Origin: Armatimonadota bacterium
GTDB taxonomy: Bacteria; Armatimonadota; Zipacnadia; Zipacnadales; JABUFB01
Direction of reading: 5' to 3'
DNA length: 64,000 nt
NCBI GenBank assembly: GCA_013314775.1
Contig: JABUFB010000011.1
Span: forward strand, 9,144-73,143
The position numbers and the translations under genes are program-made. Shown piece after piece: positions 44,728 through 56,656 of this stretch; the first letter of the stretch is position 1; the number at the start of each line of letters is the position of its first letter. The notes beneath the pieces were generated by a model. The model worked only from the letters and a program-made list of their open reading frames with translations, was not told where the DNA came from and did not search any database.

Positions 44728-46047
44728 CCAGCAGAGCCGCGCAGACCTTCAGTCGCGTATCAGAGAATGGGTGGACCAGCAGGCGTCCGCGGGGGACGTG
44801 ACGGAGTTGGAGGAGTTCGCTTTGGAAGTCAGCCAGTGTGTGGGGCAGGCGGTGGTGGAGCATGGTCTGAGCCGTGTGGACCCGACAATGGGCTATCGCA
44901 AGAGCAGCATTCCATGCGACTGTGGTCGCAAGGCGCGGTTCGTCAATTACCGCGAGCGGACGCTTGGGACGATCTATGGGCCGGTTGTCGTGAAGCGGGC
45001 TTACTACCACTGTAAGCACTGCCGAAGGGGTCATGTGCCGTGGGACCGTGATCAGGGGATTAGCACGTTGATGTGGAGCCCGATGGCGAAGTGTCTTGTG
45101 GCAGAGACGATTGGTCGGCTGACGTATGGCGAAGGGGTATCGTTGCTGAAGCGGCTGCTTGGCTTCTGCATCGAAGAGAGCGGTTCGGAGCGGGTGATGG
45201 ATGAAGTGGGCGGGCGTCTGCGCGGGGAGGATGCGGAGTTGATGCAAAGCTACGATGTGGAGCAGATCTCGCCGCTGGTGCAAGACGCCCCACAGCGGCT
45301 GTACGTGAGCATGGACGGCGCCAGCGCGCACATTGACGGGGCGTTCCATGAGGTCAAAACGGGGGTGGTGTATGAAGGCCTTACGGGCACGGACGGGATC
45401 GATAAGGCGCGCAATATGCGCTACGTGGCGGCCCAGGAGCCTGCGGAGAAATTCGGCCATCGGCTGTACGTGGCGGCGGCCCAGTCGGGGGTCGCCCAGG
45501 CTTCGACAGTGGTGGTGATCGGCGACGGGGCGGAGTGGATCTGGAACCTGTCGGCGCACCACTATCCGGGGGCGATTGAGATCGTGGACTATTGGCACGC
45601 GTGCGAGCACATCCACGCGCTGGCGAAAGACTACTATGGTGAGGGGGATCTGAATGGCAAACGGTGGGCCAATGACCATTGCCGGTGGCTCAAACAGCGC
45701 GGTCCGGGGACTTTGCTGCGGGCTTTGAAACGGATGCAACCGAAGACCGATGCCCAGCGCGAGGCAGTCGCCCGCGAGACACGATACTTCACGAACAACC
45801 ACCAGCGCATGCAGTACGCCCGTTACCGGGCGGCGGGGTTGATGATTGGCAGCGGGCCGGTGGAGGCGGGCTGTAAGACGGTAGTGGGCGCACGTCTGAA
45901 GCGCAGCGGAATGCGCTGGTCGGGCCGAGGTGCCGACGCGGTGCTGGCGGTGCGCTGTGCCCTGCTAAGCGGAGAGCAAAATCGAGTCCTTCGTGTGGCC
46001 AAAGCAGCATGAAACGTGAATCTACCTACAAAACTGAGTCGCACCCC
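44602..46047 (+). mobile_element. Insertion sequence, ISKra4-like, about 1.45 kb
   Basis: The termini are GGGGTGC (44602-44608) and GCACCCC (46041-46047). The imperfect inverted repeats follow the pattern GGGGTGC-N12-TAGGT on both ends. They enclose a single transposase ORF. No target-site duplication is visible. Confidence 0.6.
44717..46012 (+). CDS. ISKra4-family-like transposase
   Basis: ATG 44717 follows GGGAGGA. The translation 'YYHCKHCRRGHVPWDRDQG...DGASAHIDGAFHEVKTGVVY...IGDGAEWIWN...IVDYWHACEHI' shows the zinc-ribbon plus DDE-like pattern I associate with ISKra4/UPF0236 transposases. Confidence 0.65.
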   Translation: MSISQQSRADLQSRIREWVDQQASAGDVTELEEFALEVSQCVGQAVVEHGLSRVDPTMGYRKSSIPCDCGRKARFVNYRERTLGTIYGPVVVKRAYYHCKHCRRGHVPWDRDQGISTLMWSPMAKCLVAETIGRLTYGEGVSLLKRLLGFCIEESGSERVMDEVGGRLRGEDAELMQSYDVEQISPLVQDAPQRLYVSMDGASAHIDGAFHEVKTGVVYEGLTGTDGIDKARNMRYVAAQEPAEKFGHRLYVAAAQSGVAQASTVVVIGDGAEWIWNLSAHHYPGAIEIVDYWHACEHIHALAKDYYGEGDLNGKRWANDHCRWLKQRGPGTLLRALKRMQPKTDAQREAVARETRYFTNNHQRMQYARYRAAGLMIGSGPVEAGCKTVVGARLKRSGMRWSGRGADAVLAVRCALLSGEQNRVLRVAKAA

Positions 46048-46071
46048 GCGATCAGTCGCGACGCGCGGGCA

Positions 46072-46725
46072 TCAGTCTATGCTCCACAGAGACGGGTCCT
46101 CCAACTGCGCCATGGTCAGCAGCTTCACGTGGCCGTCAGCAAAGCAGACCTGGCACTTCCCGTGGTGGTACATGCACTCATCTATCAGGGGGTGAGCGGC
46201 AGCTCCGAGTGCGGGGATGTTCAAGCGCTCGCCTTCCTCGTTCGGCACCTGTCCGTCCAGAAGCATGAGAGTGCGGGACGGGTCCATGCAGGCATCAAGG
46301 GCCCCCGGGGTCACGAAGGTCATCTCGCTGTTCACGCGGTAGGTGGGCAGGTACGGCGGCGCATCGGGACAGTACAGCACCCTCTCGTTGCGCAGGTAGG
46401 GGTACACCAGGTCCCACCAGACGATATCCAGTTGCCCCTGCCACTCCGTGGAAAAGCGCCCGCCGGGCATCTTGGTGGTCGCCGGGGGCAGCATGCCGTC
46501 CCAGTCGTCCGCGTACATGAACAGCGAGACGCCCACCTGGCGGATGTTCGAGGCGCAGGTCGCCTGCCGGGCCTTGGCGCGCGCGGCGCTGAACACAGGA
46601 AACAACAGCGCGGCCAGCACACTGATGATGGCGATGACCACCAGCAACTCGATCAGCATGAAAGCCGCGCGTCCGCGCAGGCGCCTGCTAGAGGCCGCGG
46701 AGCACGCCGTTCGTCGACGGTACAT
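46072..46725 (-). CDS. Prepilin-type N-terminal cleavage/methylation domain protein (H-X9-DG / DUF1559-like pseudopilin)
   Basis: The translation reads 'AAFMLIELLVVIAIISVLAALLFPVF' and the C-terminal 'HHGKCQVCFADGHV' is the H-X9-DG motif. The start is tentative (internal ATG 46725) and overlaps the upstream gene end. Confidence 0.65.
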   Translation of the reverse strand: MYRRRTACSAASSRRLRGRAAFMLIELLVVIAIISVLAALLFPVFSAARAKARQATCASNIRQVGVSLFMYADDWDGMLPPATTKMPGGRFSTEWQGQLDIVWWDLVYPYLRNERVLYCPDAPPYLPTYRVNSEMTFVTPGALDACMDPSRTLMLLDGQVPNEEGERLNIPALGAAAHPLIDECMYHHGKCQVCFADGHVKLLTMAQLEDPSLWSID

Positions 46726-47776
46726 TGACGACCACCGCCAGACTCGGCACCGGGACCCATGCAGCTTCGGTCCGGCGCCATCCCGAGTTGTGCCAGCCCG
46801 TGACCTTGATCTCAGGCGCGCGCCCCCAGTCGGGTTCGAACGAGAGTGGGCGCTTTCCGGATTCCTCGCGCACCTTCGCCACGACCATAGCCGCGACCTC
46901 ATCCGGGAGTTCACGGAACGCTATCTCGGCCACGAAGCCCCGACTGCGCAGTATGGCCCATTGTTGGGCGCAGAACAGCGGAACGACAGCGTTCCTGAAC
47001 CCCAACCTGAGTTCCTCGCCCGAGAGACCGGACAGCTCCGGTCTCGCGTCTATGAGCCGCATCGCTGCGTCGAGGCGTCGATACGAGCCGAGAGTAAGTC
47101 GCAGGAAGACTCCGGCATAGTCGCCGGTCGCGCCCAATGCCCCTGCGAACGCCCCGAGGAACCGCCGGTTGTCAGGGGCGGACAGATACCCCGCAACCCG
47201 CCATGGCGCCAGCTCAGGGTGGGGAAAGACCACCGATCCGGCCAGCGCGCCGGCTTCTCGCGCACCAGCCAAGGCCTGGGACACATCAACTGGCGTGGCG
47301 AAACGCATGGGCTTCCCTACGTCGCCTGCCGCCTGTTCGGGCATCGGTTCGGGCGCCGGTTCCCCGCGCTCCTGGGCCGGAAGCATGGCAGGCCAGCAGA
47401 CGATGGTGGACTCCACTACGCCCCAGTCATAGCCGAAGGCATCGTGCAGTCTGTCAAGGACAGTCCATACCGGCTCCGCGTTAGCCGTCAAACGGGCTTC
47501 GCGTAGTTCCGCGCCGGGGGCGACGCTCAACATCCAGTCGCGCTCCGCGCTTTCTGCGATCCGCGCGACGATGTCAACGACAGTGCCTGTGGCGTCGATC
47601 GACACCTCTGCATCGAGAAGTGCGCGCGCGGGAACGACGTCCGGCGGCCAGAGCAACGCGTGAACGGGAAAACCGTTTGGTGGGAGAACATCGGCAGACT
47701 GGCACCATGCGCCGGAGTCTGCCATACATGCCACTAGCGCCGCTGTTACCGCAAACCGCAGCATGTGTGCGCCCAT
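46688..47776 (-). CDS. Secreted hypothetical protein
   Basis: ATG 47776 was verified and the signal peptide is 'MLRFAVTAALVACMADSGAWC'. Codon usage is consistent with coding. I recognise no domain. Confidence 0.5.
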   Translation of the reverse strand: MGAHMLRFAVTAALVACMADSGAWCQSADVLPPNGFPVHALLWPPDVVPARALLDAEVSIDATGTVVDIVARIAESAERDWMLSVAPGAELREARLTANAEPVWTVLDRLHDAFGYDWGVVESTIVCWPAMLPAQERGEPAPEPMPEQAAGDVGKPMRFATPVDVSQALAGAREAGALAGSVVFPHPELAPWRVAGYLSAPDNRRFLGAFAGALGATGDYAGVFLRLTLGSYRRLDAAMRLIDARPELSGLSGEELRLGFRNAVVPLFCAQQWAILRSRGFVAEIAFRELPDEVAAMVVAKVREESGKRPLSFEPDWGRAPEIKVTGWHNSGWRRTEAAWVPVPSLAVVVNVPSTNGVLRGL

Positions 47777-47881
47777 GGCGGCGTGTCACCTCCTGCATTG
47801 GCTCCGGGTGGGGACGATCTAGGGCCCGTCCCCGCCCCTGAATAGGTCCAATAGCCGCTCCGGCGTTCCGGCGAGAGCCTG

Positions 47882-48649
47882 TTACCCGCCACCCATCATT
47901 CCCTGAACGGTTATGTCCGCCTGCGCCCCCTGGCCAGCGGTCACAGTGACATTCGTCTCACCGCCCATCATGGCATCAGTCTTGGCGACGTACCCACCGG
48001 GCCAGACCATGCGGATCTGGTACGTCCCTCCGTTGTCGGTGTCGGCCGCGTACCCGGTGGGCTGTCCGTACTGGTAGAGTTCGACGTGTGCGGAGATCCC
48101 TTCGCCGCCGGGCCCCTTCACGGTGCCGTACACCCAGCCGCGGCAGGGCGTGACTTCCACTGGCTTCGAATAGGGGCCCACCTCGTCATCGTTGCGGCTC
48201 CCCTCGTCGGCGGGCATGTGCATCCCCTGATCGTCGAACCACCAGCGATCCACGGCCTGGAAAGCTACGGACTCCACCCAAGGGAAGGCGCACCCGACGA
48301 ACTGGTATGTGTAGGTGCCCGTGACACCGTCTGTGCCGATCAGGTACACACTCCAGCCCCAGCCTCCCTGGCAACTCTCGATCAGGGGTTTGCCGTCCGC
48401 ACTCACCCACCAACTGGGGTCAATGAAGACCCCGTGCCCCGTCGGCTCCCCTTCTTCCATGATGTCCGCGCTGTCCTTGTCAGTCGACGTGACCAGGTAG
48501 TTGAGAGTCTGTCCCCCCGCAATGGTCACGTATCCGCCGACAGTGGCCGCCAATGGGTTCGGACTGGGCCACCACTTCATGTAGGTCTCCGCATACGCCA
48601 TACTCGCAACCAACAGCACAACCAGAACTCCTACGCTGACTCGGTACAT
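47882..48649 (-). CDS. Secreted protein with a C-terminal carboxypeptidase-regulatory-like (CarboxypepD_reg) domain
   Basis: The signal peptide is 'MYRVSVGVLVVLLVASMAYA'. The C-terminal 'VYGTVKGPGGEGISAHVELYQ...TDNGGTYQI' is typical of a CarboxypepD_reg beta-sandwich. I prefer ATG 48649, which follows AGGTGA, to the GTG at 48658. Confidence 0.55.
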   Translation of the reverse strand: MYRVSVGVLVVLLVASMAYAETYMKWWPSPNPLAATVGGYVTIAGGQTLNYLVTSTDKDSADIMEEGEPTGHGVFIDPSWWVSADGKPLIESCQGGWGWSVYLIGTDGVTGTYTYQFVGCAFPWVESVAFQAVDRWWFDDQGMHMPADEGSRNDDEVGPYSKPVEVTPCRGWVYGTVKGPGGEGISAHVELYQYGQPTGYAADTDNGGTYQIRMVWPGGYVAKTDAMMGGETNVTVTAGQGAQADITVQGMMGGG

Positions 48650-48736
48650 TCCTCTCACCTCTCGCGCCGTGTATGTGGTCAGCAGGTACGACTGTCAGGC
48701 GGTGGCTGTGAGGAGGTCGTCCGGCAGGGGGTGCGC

Positions 48737-48749
48737 GGGGGGGGGGGGG
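48737..48749. repeat. Homopolymeric G13 tract (C13 on the transcribed minus strand)
   Basis: Counted directly: 13 consecutive G at 48737-48749. The tract lies about 90 nt upstream of the 48649 start codon and downstream of the predicted promoter. Confidence 0.95.
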
Positions 48750-48886
48750 CGACTCGCACCGGCAGGAATCCGTGCCGGGTGCGCTCTTCCGGGCGGGTGT
48801 GAACCTGGATCCTGGACCTGAGGGTAATCACTGCGCTTCCCCTCCCCGACCCATTCTCGACGTTGCGAGACGGACCACTTGTGTCA

Positions 48887-48914
48887 ATTATACGAATGGG
48901 AGGGGCAAAGTCAA
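48887..48914 (-). promoter_or_regulatory. Near-consensus sigma70-type promoter TTGACT-N16-TATAAT
   Basis: On the minus strand, TTGACT (48914-48909) is followed by the 16-nt spacer TTGCCCCTCCCATTCG and then TATAAT (48892-48887). It lies just downstream of the eno terminator and about 230 nt upstream of ATG 48649. Confidence 0.55.
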
Positions 48915-48950
48915 GGCCGTTGTGCGGCCGACCGGTCGGGCCACATGCAA

Positions 48951-48982
48951 AGCGGCCGTCCCGATGTCTCAGGACGGCCGCT
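48951..48982 (-). terminator. Intrinsic terminator-like hairpin downstream of eno
   Basis: AGCGGCCGTCC(48951-48961) and GGACGGCCGCT(48972-48982) form a perfect 11-bp stem with a 10-nt loop. The hairpin is 28 nt after the eno stop and is followed on the minus strand by UUUGCAU. Confidence 0.6.
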
Positions 48983-49010
48983 CGTGTTCGCTTCGGTCTG
49001 TTGCCGGGCT

Positions 49011-53104
<4,094 letters not shown>

Positions 53105-53168
53105 CAACGTTCCTCCCTGGTATCTCGGGTCTCCACGACCCTGACTGATCTGTTTCACTACAAGCACT

Positions 53169-53438
53169 TCAGATGTCCAGTTCAACCTTCTCGGTTGACA
53201 AGAGCCTCACATAGTTGTCCCGCTCGCTCTTCTGAACCGGCCGGGCCGGGACCGCGAGCACTTCGTGGATCGTGACCTTCATCCCGATGCGCACCGTGAT
53301 TAGATCTCCGACCCTCACGTCCGCCGATGCCTTCGCCGGTCTTCCATTGATCTCCACAAGCCCTGCATCGCACGCTCGCTTGGCAACAGGACGCCGCGCG
53401 ATGACCCCGGTGGACTTGAGAAAGAGGTCGAGCCTCAC
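53169..53438 (-). CDS. S4 domain RNA-binding protein (Hsp15/YlmH-like small protein)
   Basis: 'VRLDLFLKSTGVIARRPVAKRACDAGLVEINGRPAKAS' is a classic S4 motif. GTG 53438 was verified and lies 5 nt after the mazG stop. The longer track ORF overlaps mazG and is rejected. Confidence 0.7.
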   Translation of the reverse strand: MRLDLFLKSTGVIARRPVAKRACDAGLVEINGRPAKASADVRVGDLITVRIGMKVTIHEVLAVPARPVQKSERDNYVRLLSTEKVELDI

Positions 53439-53442
53439 GAAA

Positions 53443-54219
53443 TCATTCCGCCTTAGACCTTTCCCAGAGCACGTCCATCTCCGCGAGGGACATGTCGGAC
53501 AGGTCTTTCCCCATCTCCCGCGCCTGCTGCTCCACCGAGCGGAATCGAGCCGCGAAACGGTCGCAGGCCATGCGCAGCGCGTCCTCGGCATCCACCTTGA
53601 GGAAGCGGGCGACGTTGACGAGGGCGAAGAGGACATCTCCGAACTCACGCGCGATGGCCGACTGGTCGCCCGAGGCCCGGGCTTCGCGCAGTTCGGTGAG
53701 TTCCTCATCGACTTTCTGCAGTGGACCGTCGAGGTCAGGCCAGTCGAAGCCCACCTTCGAGGCCTTTTTCTGCATGTCCGCTGCCCGTTTCAACGCGGGT
53801 AGTGAGCCCGGGATACCGTCGAGAACAGACTGGCGGGATGCAGATTCCTTCTCCGCGCGCTTCAGCCGCTCCCAGTTGTGAAGGACTTCATCACTTCCGG
53901 CCACCTCGGTATCGCCGAAGACGTGGGGGTGGCGGTAGATGAGTTTTTCGTTGATACGGTCGCAGACAGCGCGGATGTCGAAGTTGCCGAGTTCCTCAGC
54001 GACCCGGGCGTGGAAGACCACTTGCAGCAGCACATCTCCCAGCTCTGCGCATAGCTTGTCGCTATCGCCGCTGTCTACCGCCTCCACAGCCTCGTAAGCT
54101 TCCTCGATCATGTACGGCTTCAGCGTCCGGTGGTCCTGTTCACGGTCCCAGGGACACCCCCCAGGAGCCCTGAGCCGGGCCATGATCTCCACCAGTTCAT
54201 CAAACTGCTTCATGTACAC
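53443..54219 (-). CDS. mazG: Nucleoside triphosphate pyrophosphohydrolase MazG
   Basis: The translation 'LRAPGGCPWDREQDHRTLKPYMIEEAYEAVEAVD...ELGDVLLQVVFHA...EELTELREA' shows the tandem MazG EExxE motifs. Confidence 0.9.
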   Translation of the reverse strand: MYMKQFDELVEIMARLRAPGGCPWDREQDHRTLKPYMIEEAYEAVEAVDSGDSDKLCAELGDVLLQVVFHARVAEELGNFDIRAVCDRINEKLIYRHPHVFGDTEVAGSDEVLHNWERLKRAEKESASRQSVLDGIPGSLPALKRAADMQKKASKVGFDWPDLDGPLQKVDEELTELREARASGDQSAIAREFGDVLFALVNVARFLKVDAEDALRMACDRFAARFRSVEQQAREMGKDLSDMSLAEMDVLWERSKAE

Positions 54220-54340
54220 CCACGGTCCTGTCGCGACTTCGGGCGACCGCCTGTTCGCGGCCGCCCGAACATTTCATGGCACAGTTGTCGCAGGCCTGGT
54301 AAGCCCGCACTACCGATGAGGGTCGCGGTCTGGGTTCCGT

Positions 54341-55381
54341 CTACTCGGACTTGGCCGGCTTGCCCTTCCCACCGGCACGCGGCGCTTCTGCGGCTGGAGC
54401 CTTGCCCTTCTCAGCCGGTGCACCCTTGCCGGCCGACGGCGCTCCTTGACTCTCTGGTCCGAAGCTCGGGATGTTCGCCTTGGGCGTGAACATCTCATTC
54501 AGGTCGGCGTACTTGGGGTCGACGATGTTGACCGTGGCCTTCTCGCGCAGTTCGGAGAGCAGCTGCTGCGGATCCTTGGCCTGCCGGGACTTGAAGGCCT
54601 CTTCGATGCGCGCGCGGTCCTTCTCCAGGGAAGCCTGGGACGCAGGCAGCACCTCGATGAGTTTGACGATATACCAGCGTTCCTCAACCGCAAAGGGCTC
54701 GCTGATCTGCCCAGGCTTCATTTTCGCCAGGGTCTGGGCAACGGCCGGTGGGAAAACCTGTTCGCGGGGCATCGGCGGAAGTTCCCCGCCATTGTCGCGG
54801 CTCATCGGCGAGACGCTGTGCTGTTTGGCGAGCTTCGCGAAATCGACGCCTTCCTTTTTCAGTTCGGCGGCGATCTTCTCGGCCTCCGCCTTCGTGGCGA
54901 CCACGATCTCGGCGTACTTGACCCGCTCTGGCTGGCCGAAAGCGGACTTGTACTGTTCGAAGAACTTCTTCAGTTCCGCTTCATCGACCTTGACGTCCTT
55001 GGTGCAAAGCATCTGCACCTTCATTTCCATCGCAAGACTCTCGGCGACGTCCTCTTCGGTCATTCCCCTGGACGCCAGCATCTGAGCGAAAGATTCATCG
55101 GAGCCGAAACGCTCCTTGATCTCCTTCATGCGCTCGTCGATTTTCTCGGGGGGCAGGGTCATGCCCGACGCGGCAAAGGCATCCTCAATCAGCTGGCGGT
55201 TGATCATCCCCAGCAAGGCTTCGCGGCCCTGATCCTTTTCAAGCTTCTCCAGGAACTCGGCCCGAGTGATCTTGGTATCACCCACAACGGCGATCGGTTG
55301 CTTCCCACAACCCACGAATCCGGACACGCAAAACACAAACAGCAGGGCGAGACCGCCCAGCCTGAGGCAATGCACGGGCAA
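54341..55381 (-). CDS. Peptidylprolyl isomerase, parvulin type (PrsA/SurA-like lipoprotein)
   Basis: The lipobox is 'FCVSGFVGC'. A SurA-like N-terminal domain is followed by the parvulin region 'VKYAEIVVATKAEAEKIAAELKKEGVDFAKLAKQHS'. The start is uncertain (TTG 55381 or GTG 55375, after AAGGAG). Confidence 0.75.
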   Translation of the reverse strand: MPVHCLRLGGLALLFVFCVSGFVGCGKQPIAVVGDTKITRAEFLEKLEKDQGREALLGMINRQLIEDAFAASGMTLPPEKIDERMKEIKERFGSDESFAQMLASRGMTEEDVAESLAMEMKVQMLCTKDVKVDEAELKKFFEQYKSAFGQPERVKYAEIVVATKAEAEKIAAELKKEGVDFAKLAKQHSVSPMSRDNGGELPPMPREQVFPPAVAQTLAKMKPGQISEPFAVEERWYIVKLIEVLPASQASLEKDRARIEEAFKSRQAKDPQQLLSELREKATVNIVDPKYADLNEMFTPKANIPSFGPESQGAPSAGKGAPAEKGKAPAAEAPRAGGKGKPAKSE

Positions 55382-55431
55382 GACGAACAACTCCTTTCGC
55401 GTGGCTTAGTGCCACATGCGCAGCGTAGCGA

Positions 55432-55460
55432 ATTATAGCACAGGGCAATCACCGCGACAA
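55432..55460 (-). promoter_or_regulatory. Sigma70-type promoter with extended -10 (TTGTCG-N17-TATAAT, TGC upstream of the -10)
   Basis: On the minus strand, TTGTCG (55460-55455) is followed by a 17-nt spacer ending in TGC, then TATAAT (55437-55432). It lies about 50 nt upstream of the parvulin start. Confidence 0.5.
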
Positions 55461-55492
55461 ACAAAACTTCCGGGCGCGGAAACACCCGGAAG
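55457..55492 (-). terminator. Rho-independent terminator downstream of fliA
   Basis: The minus-strand RNA reads CUUCCGGG-UGUUUCCGCG-CCCGGAAG, followed by UUUUGUUUGU. The stem arms are at 55485-55492 and 55467-55474. Confidence 0.7.
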
Positions 55493-55518
55493 TGGAAGCG
55501 GTGTTTGGCTGTTTCTGA

Positions 55519-56247
55519 TTAACGGAGTGGCGACAGGCTTAGTTCCCGCTCCGCCATTCCGCGCAGCCGCTGGATCGCCTGTCCGTGTATCTGGCAAATG
55601 CGCGACTCTGTTACGTCGAGAATCAGCCCGATCTCCTTGAGCGTCATGCCCTCCTGATAATAAAGCGCGATCACTTGGCGCTCCCGGTCCGGAAGGCGCG
55701 TCACCGCGCGGGAGATCACCTTTCGGATAGCCTCCTGCTCAACTCTGATCGCGGGGTCGCCGTAGGTGTCCCAAGGCTCCACGTCCTCGGTCTCTTCATT
55801 GCGGTCATCATCGCCGGCGAGAGCTTCTTCAAGGGAGAGCAGCGTTGCCGCGCTGGTTTCGTCCAGGAGATCGCGGTATTCGTCGATGTCCAACCCAAGC
55901 GCAGTTGCGATCTCATGTTCAACTGGAGGCCTGCCCAGCTCGTACTCAAGGCGGGCTGCGGTCCGCGCCGCATCACGCGCCCGACGGCGAACACTGCGCG
56001 GCGCCCAGTCCTTGGACCGCAGACACTCCATGACCTCCCCACGGATCACCGAACTGGCGTAAGTAGCGAGTTTCGCGCCGCGGGTCGGGTCAAAACGGTC
56101 CACTGCCTTGATCAGACCGAGAATGCCGGCGCTGACCAGATCTTCGCGCTCCACGTTCTCCGGAAGGTGCGCCCCGATGCGGCCCACGATGTGATGTACC
56201 AGGGAGATGTGCTGGACGATCAGCTGCTCTCGCGTAGCCGGATCCAT
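55519..56247 (-). CDS. fliA: FliA/WhiG family RNA polymerase sigma factor (sigma-28 type)
   Basis: 'DLVSAGILGLIKAVDRFDPTRGAKLATYASSVIRGEV' is region 2. 'LPDRERQVIALYYQEGMTLKEIGLILDVTESRICQIHGQAI' is the region 4 HTH. The start is tentative (ATG 56247); the ORF is open up to 56496. Confidence 0.8.
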   Translation of the reverse strand: MDPATREQLIVQHISLVHHIVGRIGAHLPENVEREDLVSAGILGLIKAVDRFDPTRGAKLATYASSVIRGEVMECLRSKDWAPRSVRRRARDAARTAARLEYELGRPPVEHEIATALGLDIDEYRDLLDETSAATLLSLEEALAGDDDRNEETEDVEPWDTYGDPAIRVEQEAIRKVISRAVTRLPDRERQVIALYYQEGMTLKEIGLILDVTESRICQIHGQAIQRLRGMAERELSLSPLR

Positions 56248-56550
56248 CGGGATCCCCCCTGATGAGTTGAGACCGACCGCCACCAGCTCCATTCCCATCA
56301 TCGCCCGCGCAAGGGCGGCGAGAGAGCAGACGACCGGCCGGTGACTATTCGGGCCCGTCTCTTCGATCCGGTACCCATGGACCCTCCCTCTGCAATTCCC
56401 ATGCCCGAGGCTCGAACTCTTGACCGGCGCTGACCCACTGCCCGCGACGCGCACCAGTTCCAATGCGCCTGGATCGATTCTCGGGCCCCACGGCAAGCGT
56501 CCCTGGGCTCTTCAATCCACCCCTCAGTCTGCTGCTGCCCCGCGCGCCGC

Positions 56551-56579
56551 ATCTTACCAATCCAAGTAACAAAAGTCAA
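56551..56579 (-). promoter_or_regulatory. Sigma70-type promoter TTGACT-N17-TAAGAT in an AT-rich island upstream of fliA
   Basis: On the minus strand, TTGACT (56579-56574) is followed by a 17-nt spacer and TAAGAT (56556-56551). The surrounding segment (about 56555-56640) is conspicuously AT-rich. Confidence 0.45.
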
Positions 56580-56656
56580 CAAAAAGACTTATTCTTATTG
56601 AAAAACTAATGAAACAGGCAGCAAATGTGTATTTGCCACCTGATCCCCCGGCAGTC

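Noticed and set aside
44590-46060. A target-site duplication flanking the IS element.
   Set aside because: The flanks (...CAGCAAAGGT | GGGGTGC ... GCACCCC | GCGATCAGTC...) share no direct repeat of 2 bp or more at the junctions. The exact IS ends are therefore only approximate.
53439-53708. A 179-aa version of the S4-domain ORF, overlapping mazG by about 265 nt.
   Set aside because: The overlapping part translates to Ser/Arg/Pro-rich junk in an alternate frame of mazG. A GTG at 53438 gives the canonical S4 start 'VRLDLFLK...' immediately after the mazG stop.
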